NCBI GenBank assembly: GCA_946965045.2
Contig: OX337233.1
Location: 1,054,001 to 1,118,000 of the forward strand
DNA: 64,000 bases
From: Epithemia pelagica
Lineage: Eukaryota; Protista; Bacillariophyta
Reading direction: 5' to 3'
Shown one piece after another: positions 42,625 through 53,031 of the stretch. A program made the translations under genes and the position numbers. Positions within the stretch are counted from its first letter, which is position 1. The number at the start of each line of letters is the position of its first letter. Below the pieces are notes generated by a model. It saw nothing but the letters and a program-made list of their open reading frames with translations. It was not told the origin of the DNA and made no database searches.

Positions 42625-45600
42625 CTACGTCTCCTTCGATTCAACAACAGATATGTTTCCCAAGTCTTCCTGAAGATTCTGAAGACCGCGCTGAGACGCC
42701 GCAAAAAGGAAGCGCGCCGGGGAATTCCACCAGTTGGAACTTTCCCGAAAGAACCATTCTTTAGCAGCCACATTCCCATTGCAGTTCTCAAAAAGGACCA
42801 GCCACTCCAAAGGTGAAGAAAGAGATGTAAGTATCTCCAGGAGTCTATCATGATTGGTCCGTCCCTTTGAAGCCACATTGAATCTGCTCGATCGACACAA
42901 AACCTCCGATAGCCTCGTAACAGCTTTCTCACAATCAGCATGGATCAATTTATCATCCACCACATTCAAACACAGCACATAACGATGTTTAGATCTTGAT
43001 TTCCAATACCTGGCGAGGTCCCGTGCAGTCTTTGCGGCATCGAGTGTAGACTCGGCTGTGACGGCAACAGTGCAACCTGTCATTTTCAGTTTCTCCATTG
43101 CAGGATCCAGGAGAGAATGGGAAACTTCCTTGCTTTCGCCCTGTCCGATATCAACAAGCCCTAGTGCACGCAAATCGACTGTTTGAGATTCGGCATGACT
43201 CGTCATACGCCGCTTTTGGCGACCTTCGTTGTCGAGTTCACCTTCCAGACCTCTTTTCTTGTGTTCCTCCAAAGTACGAAGTATTTCACTCGGGGTTCTA
43301 TCTTCTCTGTCCCTTACATCTCCGAGAGAGGGAACTTTTTCTATGAAGAGGTTGACAAGATCCCAAGATGCCGCCCGACATGCCACGTGGCAGGGTATTT
43401 CGCCTTCCCAATTTTTTGCTTCAGCAAGGTTCTTCGCAATCTCTGGTTCACTTTCAAACAGGAATAGAACTGCCTCATAGAAAGAGCTGTTCATGGCGCT
43501 GCCCACACTGACCTGAGGGGCTTTTCCGCAAGCCAAATGGAGAACTGTTTCGTTGTATGTGTAAGTTGTCTTGCTCAACGATGACTTGCTCTGTTCAATC
43601 AGATACTTCAAAACCTGAGTAGATGCACCATGTGCAAAAGCACAGTGTATGGGCAACCAGCCATATTGGTTGGCTACTCCAACAGCAGGTTCCCAGCCTT
43701 TTACCAGGATCTTGACAGCAGCAAAATCGGGCCCGTTGCGGCATAGCACATGCAAGGGCGTTGACCCATCCGTTGTACTGCGTCGTAGCATCCACGGCGA
43801 ATTCCGGACTAAATCTTCAAGCAAAGAGTAGTTTGTGCTTGAATCCCGACATGCAACATGAAGGCGTGTTCTGTTTTCTTGATCGTCATCATTGGTTGGA
43901 GAAGTATCCTCGTCCAAAGTTGATGGTTTCTGTCCCGTCCAAGCCTCAAGAAACAACTTTTGAGCTTCCTCCATCCTCCCATGGTATTCGAGCAGCAACC
44001 CCAGATTATTGAGGAGCATCAAGTCAAGCCTTGTTCCTCTTCTTCTGATCTCCCTCAGCTGGCTTTGTGAAGCCTTGATGATCCACTCACGAACCATCGT
44101 GACTACTACTCTGGTGACCCAATCATATCCAATATCCTTGATACACTCAACAGCAGTTTTGTTCCTTGCATGTATACCATCTCCCCTCAGGACTGCTTTC
44201 TCAGCATCGATCGACGATAGCAGCTGTTGGACAACATCAAACTCGGCAGTAATCAAGTGTGAAGTATACTTTGGATCGCTCTCAACCAGCACAATGTCGA
44301 ATTGTGAATTCGAATCATCTCCAGAACAAAAAAGTTCCCAAATGACCCAAATTCTTTGACGTGCATTCATCAGACTCTGCCACCTTGGTAGAACTAGAGC
44401 TGTCCGTGTGAAGCTTGGCAAATGTACCCGTAACTCACGGGTGAAAATTTCTCGGAACCCATCCAACTCCTCAGCTGAGCCTCGACCAGTCCATGCAAAC
44501 TGATCCATGCAAAGAAAATCAATCCACACATAGTCATCATCTTGGACGTGTGGTAAGTCATGGAGACCATCAATGAATTGTGCCAATGTGCAACTCCCAG
44601 TGTAGGAAATAAAGGTTGTGGGCTTCCCACCTATGGTTGGTCGCTTCTCATCGTCGTCATCAAAATCGAGGTTCAATGTGTCCACGACGGCCCTAATTTG
44701 TTCGATAAGGGCCCCGTAAACAGCCCCCCTTTGGAATTCCGAACTACATTCCATTCCCTGGATACTAGATCGTCGAATCAACTCAGGAATGCAAACTTTG
44801 CGAACAAACCATAGTTCACAGCCGTACTCTATCAATTGACGCATGTATGGTGATCCAAAGAATGTGTTTAACAACCAGTCACGCCGAATACCTTTCCAGG
44901 AGAGGAAAGAAGGGTCCAATGGTTTCTCATAACCAGGAATCGGACTTTTCCGGAGATCTTCGACGATATCATCAGTATGAGTCACATCCTTCACGTGACC
45001 AGTCTCAGATCCCATTGAGATATCATACAGGTCTTTGGCCAGCTGTACTTGTTGCTCCAGAGTTGTATCCCCATCGGAGGATTCTTCCAACCACTTTTGA
45101 AATTCTCTTGGAGTTGTTTGGGGGCAGGCTTCCTCCATGAATGGATGCTTTGGAGGAGAGTGCCGTTTCAAAAGTCTTCGTTGTCCCTCCCAGGCCTCCT
45201 CAAAGTACGATTCAGCCTGTTTTGAATCACCATGATCCAACAAGAGCTTGGCAAAGTTCTTGAGAAACCTGCAGTCGTCCGAGGTGATGCCGCATGACGA
45301 TTCATGTTTCCGTACATGATGGTCCAAGTATTCTCGTCCATTTTGAATCACCCATTCACGCATTTTGCTTGAAACCGCTTTATTGATCGTCTCAAAGCCC
45401 ACTTGTTCTATACGTGTTTGAAGGGCCTCATTAACCCAATTATCTTGATGCGCTTCTTTCTTGTAGTATGAAACGTTGATGGCGTCTTTGGAATCGATCG
45501 AGGAAAGTATTCTTTGCAGCAACTCAAACTCTGTCTTGATGTAGTTTGGTAAATCCTTGTGTTGGCCGAGCAAAACAATGAGTTTTACATTTTTGCGTGC

Positions 45601-46746
45601 GGTGATAAAGAGATCCCAAATCATCCAATCCTTTCTGAGCATATGGATGACATTGGTCCATTTTCCCACAATCACAATCTTTTGCATCTTGGCGACTTGA
45701 TTCGGAAATTTGTCCAAGATGGCGCGACTGAAACGTGGAATGTTGGCCTGTGAAACTTTGCCCATACATGCCGACTGATCCACGCAGAAAATGTCCATCC
45801 CAAAATAGTCATCCATTGAAATCTCTGTGCTAGAGCGCAATGACTCGATAAGGAACTGGAGAGTGTCATTTCCAGTGTAGGATACGAACAAGGTAGCCGA
45901 TTCGGAAACAATCGAATCCTGTCTATTGAGACCCCATGCGTTTATGACTGATTCAATGTGATTTACCAAAGGACCGATCGATTTTGAAGGATTCACCATG
46001 TCGGTTTTAGTGATGGCGTGATCCTTGCCAGTCATTGCGTTGAACGTTCTCGAAATGATTTCAATTGTACATACTTTGCGAAAGAACCAGAGCTCACACC
46101 CGAAATTTCTTAAATGCTTCACAAAGGGAGTTTCACAAAACACCGTGAGGAACCAACCGACATGAATACCCTTCCATTCAACCAGATTGTCAATTTTGCG
46201 AATCTCCCTGTCTTGAAATTGTGACACGAGATCTGCTGTTTTCGTCGTACCAGGGGATATCAGCGTTCCCATCTCTTCAACTGAAGCATTGTACAGTTTT
46301 CCAGACAATCCAAACTGATCTTTCAAACTGGTTTTCCCTTCTTGCGTCCATTTCTGAAACGCTGTCGTCTCCTCATACACTGACTGTAGATGCATTTCGC
46401 CAGAATCTGTCATTTTCGTTAGTTTGGAACTTGGAATCTGCTCTGGACTGGAATGTGGTCTTTGTGGCTGAATTAAGCTTGTTGAAAGCTTCGCAACTTG
46501 AGGGGAGCTCCAGGACATTGAACGGTCCTCTCCAGGTCTCAAAGAAAGAGGAGCCATGGACGTTTGGATGCGACCAGTTTCGTTTCGTGGCACAACCGAA
46601 AGCAAGTTTGAATCTCCCGTCTCATCTTCCTTCGAGTCTACCGTCTCATCTTCGCTTGTATCTATCTCCTCGCTCGAAGAAGAATCATCATCCCCATTGT
46701 CATAAAACTTCAGTTGCTCTTTGGCTGACGATGCAGTAATACCCAT
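42625..46746 (-). CDS. NLR-like multidomain protein: 2x(TIR/HET-like + TPR), ankyrin repeats, degenerate NB-ARC-like C-terminus
   Basis: Duplicated module WKGI..W.L..F...F(V/I)SYTG...DDY...D..C.DQ...W.IW(D/E)LF, each followed by one TPR-like helix pair. About 5-6 ankyrins (TPLHVLC, PIHCAF, TVLHLAC). Tail WLVLFENC. N-terminal MGITAS. Confidence 0.65.
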   Translation of the reverse strand: MGITASSAKEQLKFYDNGDDDSSSSEEIDTSEDETVDSKEDETGDSNLLSVVPRNETGRIQTSMAPLSLRPGEDRSMSWSSPQVAKLSTSLIQPQRPHSSPEQIPSSKLTKMTDSGEMHLQSVYEETTAFQKWTQEGKTSLKDQFGLSGKLYNASVEEMGTLISPGTTKTADLVSQFQDREIRKIDNLVEWKGIHVGWFLTVFCETPFVKHLRNFGCELWFFRKVCTIEIISRTFNAMTGKDHAITKTDMVNPSKSIGPLVNHIESVINAWGLNRQDSIVSESATLFVSYTGNDTLQFLIESLRSSTEISMDDYFGMDIFCVDQSACMGKVSQANIPRFSRAILDKFPNQVAKMQKIVIVGKWTNVIHMLRKDWMIWDLFITARKNVKLIVLLGQHKDLPNYIKTEFELLQRILSSIDSKDAINVSYYKKEAHQDNWVNEALQTRIEQVGFETINKAVSSKMREWVIQNGREYLDHHVRKHESSCGITSDDCRFLKNFAKLLLDHGDSKQAESYFEEAWEGQRRLLKRHSPPKHPFMEEACPQTTPREFQKWLEESSDGDTTLEQQVQLAKDLYDISMGSETGHVKDVTHTDDIVEDLRKSPIPGYEKPLDPSFLSWKGIRRDWLLNTFFGSPYMRQLIEYGCELWFVRKVCIPELIRRSSIQGMECSSEFQRGAVYGALIEQIRAVVDTLNLDFDDDDEKRPTIGGKPTTFISYTGSCTLAQFIDGLHDLPHVQDDDYVWIDFLCMDQFAWTGRGSAEELDGFREIFTRELRVHLPSFTRTALVLPRWQSLMNARQRIWVIWELFCSGDDSNSQFDIVLVESDPKYTSHLITAEFDVVQQLLSSIDAEKAVLRGDGIHARNKTAVECIKDIGYDWVTRVVVTMVREWIIKASQSQLREIRRRGTRLDLMLLNNLGLLLEYHGRMEEAQKLFLEAWTGQKPSTLDEDTSPTNDDDQENRTRLHVACRDSSTNYSLLEDLVRNSPWMLRRSTTDGSTPLHVLCRNGPDFAAVKILVKGWEPAVGVANQYGWLPIHCAFAHGASTQVLKYLIEQSKSSLSKTTYTYNETVLHLACGKAPQVSVGSAMNSSFYEAVLFLFESEPEIAKNLAEAKNWEGEIPCHVACRAASWDLVNLFIEKVPSLGDVRDREDRTPSEILRTLEEHKKRGLEGELDNEGRQKRRMTSHAESQTVDLRALGLVDIGQGESKEVSHSLLDPAMEKLKMTGCTVAVTAESTLDAAKTARDLARYWKSRSKHRYVLCLNVVDDKLIHADCEKAVTRLSEVLCRSSRFNVASKGRTNHDRLLEILTSLSSPLEWLVLFENCNGNVAAKEWFFRESSNWWNSPARFLFAASQRGLQNLQEDLGNISVVESKET

Positions 46747-46821
46747 TGTACATTTCTTTTTCTCTCTTCATGGATTCTTTGATTAATGAGGACTGCGGAA
46801 AGCGGAATCTAAGGAACAAGC

Positions 46822-47566
46822 TACCCCCTAGCGGGGGTGGTTTTGAGGTTGTAGTTTCTGTGAACCACCCCCATACCTTTTTCCTGGCTCCAGTCGGCCG
46901 GCATATCTCATTCCTTCCACCGCGATAACAACACGACAATCAAACTTTATCGTTGCTGGTGACCTCCTACGGCCACCCCATCACGATCCGACCATCACAT
47001 GCTTCATATCCGTACCATGGCAGTACATTGTGAGGGGCACAGTGCATGCGGGCCATTCTAGGAAATGACCAATACAGTGACGCTGTAATACGGCACACTA
47101 GGAGACCATGATGGCGTGAAAATACATGAGAGTTGCTGTTTTGCTATCAATACACTGTGTAACTCCTACTGTGATGTGTATTGTGTACCAATATGTGTCC
47201 AAACAATGCATGATAAGAGCCAAATAGTCCCTTTGAGTTGCTTCGTTCGAAATGGCAAGACGTCGCACTTCCGTACATGTGCCACGAGGCATGGCGCCTA
47301 TGAGTCTGATGCATAATAGCCTTAACCTTTAAATTTTGGTGATGCCGATGCATTCTACACTATTGGTTTGAGGTCTATGACTAGGAAGACAGGTTTCACG
47401 AGTCCAAATAGGTGCACAACAACCTGTGCAACACCATGGCCCGTGTTGTTATCGTGGTGGAGGAAATGAGATATGCCGGCCGACTGGAAACAGGTTATTT
47501 TTGGCAAATAGGTATGGGGGTGGCTCAGAGAAATTACACCCTATAAGCCACCCCCGCTAGGGGGTA
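46822..47566. mobile_element. Non-autonomous Academ-family element (MITE), 745 bp
   Basis: Ends TACCCCCTAGCGGGGGTGG/CCACCCCCGCTAGGGGGTA; imperfect ~115-125-bp TIRs (46822-46935, 47442-47566); 9-bp TSD GGAACAAGC at 46813-46821 and 47567-47575; no coding capacity recognised. Confidence 0.93.
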
Positions 47567-49434
47567 GGAACAAGCCTCCGCGGCTCCATCGCTAAGATTT
47601 ACTCCTTGGAGTTTAGGTAATTACTTGGTAACAATGCCTAAATCATCCCTCTAGTTGAGAGAGATGGGGAGTTTTGCGGGGAGTCGCGTACGTGTTCTAT
47701 TGATGCCAAAAAATCCACTCCGGGTCTCCTCGATCCTCGACCTCGCTACCTACTGCAAGTGGATGCGACAGTATCACTATGCCCACTATAGGTACGTGTA
47801 GTACTCCCCGAAAGTCGATGGCCCCGGGTACTTTTGCACCGAACAAGGTGAAGAACATCAAAGCAAATATGGGAACCTGAAGCAGATGAGAAAGACGGAT
47901 TACAATATGAAAGGATTACAACTTAAAAATGGAATGCGAGTCTCAACTTCGATTGACCCCTATACCTTAGATTGCTTGCCGGACAGGCTGACAAGCTCTA
48001 TGGAAACGATAGGTGAGCACACGGCCTGAACTGGACTCTGACGCAAAACAGCGCCTACCTAGAAAAACCGGGATTGTTGTCCGCCGATGGAGACATGTCT
48101 GGCCGAATCCAATACTACAAACTTGTGGAATAGTGGACTACTGCAGGTTCTTTTGAAAACTTTCAATACAGTAGCAGTAACAACTAGATGGAGAGGTTGT
48201 CAGCTTTTGGAATCTTTGTGTGTATTAGACCATCACGGCTTTGGCCACTACTAAGCAAAGAAAGAATTTCTAAGGTAGAACTGTGAACATGGGGAGGACG
48301 AAGGAAGCGGCGAAGTCCCAACAATGTTATGCGTTGCACAGCGTTGCAGAGAAACGAGGATCGGCCTAGCAAGTCCGAGTTCGGAAATATTCATTAGAAA
48401 GTGCTTCTTTCTTGCTTGTTGAGACACTTTGGGCTCCGGAACTTTGGCCTCCTCCTTGCCTCATGACTCACGACTACGAAGAAGTGTGGATTGCTTATTG
48501 GACTTCGACACAACGGGATCGGAAATCGCACTGGTCGTAAGTCTGAGAGGTTCAGAGGTTCGCATTCAATAACAAAATTGGTCCCTCAATCAAAAGGAGT
48601 TGTCAGTTGCCAGTGTATACAACCAAATAGAATCGTGGTAGGGTAGAATGCCCCACTCCAGTCTCCAGCTTAAAATAATATGGTAGATGTAGATGGGGTA
48701 GAGGGTAGAGGGTAGAGGCCGAGTGCCGAGTACTCCAAGGAGTAGCTACTAGGTCTAGGTCTAGGTCATAGTTTTTGTAGAAGTAGGGTACGAGTAGTTT
48801 TATGATCCCAGCGTCCCAGGCAACTTGCAACACAACCACAACGTAACACTGAGAACTATTATCGCTCATAATTCAGTATATTATGGTATCATCAAAAGAA
48901 GTACGAGTAACGAGTACCGAGTACGAGTACTCGTAATCTCCTATCTCCTACAATATCCAATTGGCTGTAAATCTATCATAAATCATAACCAATAACTCCG
49001 CTTTCTACAAGAGAAAGAGAGAAAGGCTTTAGCCTTTAGCTTCTAGTTTTCCTGGAATTTCTGGCGAGTAAACTACTACTTATAAAACTTATGGACTATG
49101 GATACTTATATATTATAGTGCGACTTTTCTTCTTCCCTACCCACTACGAGTACCAGCTAAAACATACGAGTACGAGGTACTTGTACGAGTAGCGTAAAAC
49201 GTAAAACAACAATAAACATCGGAGCTACTTCCAGCTACGACCTAGCTACTAGCTACCATCCACTATCTACTCCGTACCAGTCCCTACTCCCTACGATGTG
49301 TTTCTCCGAACCAAAGACTTGTCCCTGCCATCTTGCGGAATACATCGACAACTGGCAGCGATCATATTCCTTGGGTCACAAATCAGACACCACGAAAGTC
49401 GAAAACACCACAAATCTCCATCTCAAATCTCAAA

Positions 49435-49992
49435 ATGATGAAAGAAATCGGATACGAACAAATCTCCTGCGTGCTTGAGACCTGGGACATGGCCCGCTTT
49501 GGATCCAAAGACTTTGAGTCGGAGTTTGGAATGGTTGCCTTGGAACGGTAAGTGTCAACTCTGCTGCAGCTCGTCGCCAGTTCTGTTTTAGCTTGCATTC
49601 TTGCTCACATTTGTTTTCCTGTATTGTCACTATCAATCTATAGTCTGTTTGAACTTCAGCCCAGAGCCAAGAAAGTGTTTGGGTATGAAGATGGCGAAGA
49701 AGTTGGCAAAGCCCGTGCCAGTGTCCATGCCACTGCCTTTGCCGGTTTGTTTGATTCAGTCTTTCAAATGCTTGGACCTGATGTCGAATTTATCCAAGAC
49801 ATTTTGCAACAAGTTGGACGTCGACACAAGGCCATGGGTGTGAGTCCCTCTTTCTTTCCCTACATGGGCCAAGCCTTGGTGCATTCATTGGAAACCTTTT
49901 TGGGCACGAAACTAACTCAAGCCCAACGAGAAGCGTGGGAAGAGGTATACGACTCTATCAGCAATGAAATCGTCAAGAACATTCTGGAATGA
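49435..49992 (+). CDS. Single-domain 3/3 globin (neuroglobin-like), 153 aa; intron 49548-49643
   Basis: LETW, LFELQP...KKVF, distal H in ASVH, proximal H in GRRHKAMGV, AQREAW. The GTAAGT...CTATAG intron restores ALER|LFEL. Confidence 0.93.
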
Positions 49993-50503
49993 ACGCCTTT
50001 GAAACGATGCAGCGAATGCACATACCCCGAGCAATGACAAGCTCCTCGTACACTACCAGTTCCCAATACTCAAATGATTCATAAATAGAGAAACAATCGC
50101 AAACCACTTTATTTGTTTAGTATATCAATCAACATGGAACATCTTGGTAGAATGTCTTGCTATGTGACAGTTGTGAATCGCTTGTTGGTTTCGAACAGAT
50201 ACACTCTAGGAGTACCTAGGAGTACCTACCTAGAGTGTCATTATTAGGAGTACTGCTAGCTAGAGGCTACCCCATGGCCTCAGACCATAGACGTTTTAAA
50301 ATTTGAAAATATGATGTGATGACGTCATGGAACAATCGATCGACAATGATGGCTTCCGCCTTTGCTTCCGCTTCCGTCCATCCTCAGGAACGCAAGAGGA
50401 ACTGTGGGTTCATATCTCAATACCAAACAAGTTACAAATGATAAGTTGAGTGCTCAGTCGAAACATATTCGAAAGAAGAGAGAGCCAGAACTGGAATGGC
50501 AGT

Positions 50504-52154
50504 ATGACAAGCGACACTGTCGACTCCACAACGACCGATGACATAGCAGAAATCGAACTCTCGAACGACGATGCCTTTGCCTTGTTGTATCGAACCTTTT
50601 GTTTCCTGGTTTGCCTTTATGTGTTTGGTGATTTATTGTGTCAGAAATGTCTTCGAATTGTTCCGCCGTTGGTGGGACAAATTGTGGTCGGTCTGGTGTT
50701 TGGACCGGCTGGTGCCGATTGGCTCATTACGCCCTCGGCGCATCTCATGTTGAGCGTGGCTGGTGAATTGGGCTTGGTTCTCATGTTGTGCCAAGCAGGC
50801 TGTCAAATGGATCTGCCCTTATTGCAACGGACCGGAGTACGCAGTGTCATTATGGCCATTACTGGGTCATTGTTGCCCACAGCCATTGGTTTTTGCTTGG
50901 CCTATTTTGTCGTGTTGGAAGAACGGGGTGATTGGCAAGGAGCCTTGGCGGTTGGATGTTCTTTTGGTCCCACAAGTGCTGGAATTGCCTTGACCGTATT
51001 AGAGCAATGCCAAGTCTTGCAAACCCCTGTGGGACAATTGGTGGTGGCCGTAGCCATTGTGGATGATATCTTGGCGCTGGTTGTCCTGAGTCAATTGCAG
51101 GCCTTGGCGCAAGCCAACAGTGATAATGATACGGACAGTGGTGGTGGTGTGGAGCCTTCGGATATTATCATTCCAATTATCAGTGCCATTTTGTGGCTTG
51201 GTGTCGGTGTCTTTGTTGCCATGCGTGTCATGCCTCGCGTATTGGACCAATTTGGAGTATGGGAGCGCACAATTCACCAACGTGGCTGGGTCGGCGGTAC
51301 TTTGGACACAACAACAAACGAACGAACGACAGGCTGTACAAACGGATGATGAAACGCAGGGGGTAGAAGATGGCGAGGTCGCGACTCGTCGACAACTACC
51401 CGTGACCTTGTCCACTCAATCTTCTTTGATGGACGACCAGCCCATGGACGAGTTGAGCGAGACAGATCAGGATCAAAGATCCACTTCTGGGAACAAACTC
51501 GTAGCTGCAACCGAAGGAAATGCATCAACAAGCGAGGAGTTTACTTCATCTCTTCCTCTGTACTACGCTACCGTGTTGCTTGTGATTTTGCTGCCCGCAA
51601 CTTATTACACCGAAGCCTCGTACTTTTTGGGCGCCTTCTTGTCCGGTCTTTGCTTAGCGACGCATGCGACGGCGGCTCTGGAACTGTCACATTATTGGAA
51701 AACTGTGACAGACTGGTTGATGCGAGTATTTTTTGGTGCTACCATCGCCTTTGCGATTCCGGTGAATTTGTGGTGGGAACAACCCAATACACTGGCATAT
51801 GGCTGTCTCTTGGCCCTGTCCCTTGTCGGGAAACTTGCCGTAGGGCCACTCTTGACACCAGTACTGACAAACGAAGAAGAAGATGGTGGTGGTGGTGACG
51901 GTGATGACGACAGCAGCACGGAAAAGAAGAAGACCAAGTGGAATGCGGCCCATGTCCGGGATTGTCTCATTACGGGATGCAGTATGGCTGGCGAAGCCGA
52001 ATTTGCCTTTGTCGTGGCAGCCTTTGGATTGGATCAAGGACTCATTTCCGAATCGGTCTATGCCAGTGTGACCTTTGCCATTTTACTCTCCACCATTGTG
52101 AGCCCCGTACTGCTACGACTTGTACTGGCCTATACCACACCCCCGACATCGTGA
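50504..52154 (+). CDS. CPA2-type Na+(K+)/H+ antiporter; frame change near 51257-51345 (possible 76-bp intron 51257-51332, or a frameshift)
   Basis: PPLVGQIVVGLVFGP, GELGLVLML...GCQMD, SFGPTSAGIA, AVAIVDDILAL, FFGATIAF, GKLAVG, EAEFAF. Confidence 0.85.
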
Positions 52155-53031
52155 ACTGGTCTGTGGTGATCCCTTTTGATGATGAGACAGTACCGTTGGA
52201 ATCTATGGTGGACTGTCACACTTGGAAGACGATTTTGAACACTTTGGCGAAGCCAAACGATCCGTCCGTGTCTGTGTCCGTCAATGTTGATGTTGATGGA
52301 AACGGCACGCGTCGAATGCGCTGCTCCGAACGATCCCAGCCCTCGTCGTTCAAGACTACTCGCGGAAATGGCGGACTGTGGAATCGTATAGTTCGAGACC
52401 AGTCTGTAAGAAAGGAAGTGTACGAATGGAACCGCATAAATGTCTTTGCCGTCGACCACACAACTTTTCGGCAGAACACTTGGTAGAAGAGTAGACCTCG
52501 GAAATCATCCACGAAGCAACGGTTAGCCTTCCCGCAAATGAGCATTTTGATCGCTTTGATCACCTCTAACACGTCGTTACGGTTATAGATTATAGACCTC
52601 GACAACGAAGGACTAGGTAAACATCTACTTCGAGGAGTCTCCTAACTATATGAGTACCCTAGAGTGGATAGTCAAGGTGACGTGTCGAATTCAGACCGGA
52701 CACGAATGCCAATCCCACAAGAGACCCCCCAAACGCAGTCGCATTTGTTGACGATCCGCGCTCGCGCCTCGCGCGGCACGAGTAACGATTAACTACTTCG
52801 ATACACTAATCGTTATACTGATAAATTACTGTATGATAGAGACTAGAAAACCAAAACCCCGCGCTTTTCGACTTGCGCAAAAACATTGCCACAATTTTTT
52901 TCCAAAGCATCACAGAGCGAGAATGAAGACGAGCGTGACGTCCATTGCGTTTGGATCATAGATAGTTGTGTCATTCAAAGAAGAAAGTCCAGGAGACATC
53001 AAGGAGATCGGTCCATTGTGAACTACTAGAA

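Noticed and set aside
47640-48400. Possible decayed transposase fragment (YSPKVDGPGY)
   Set aside because: The resemblance is limited to one short peptide and cannot be supported without a search.
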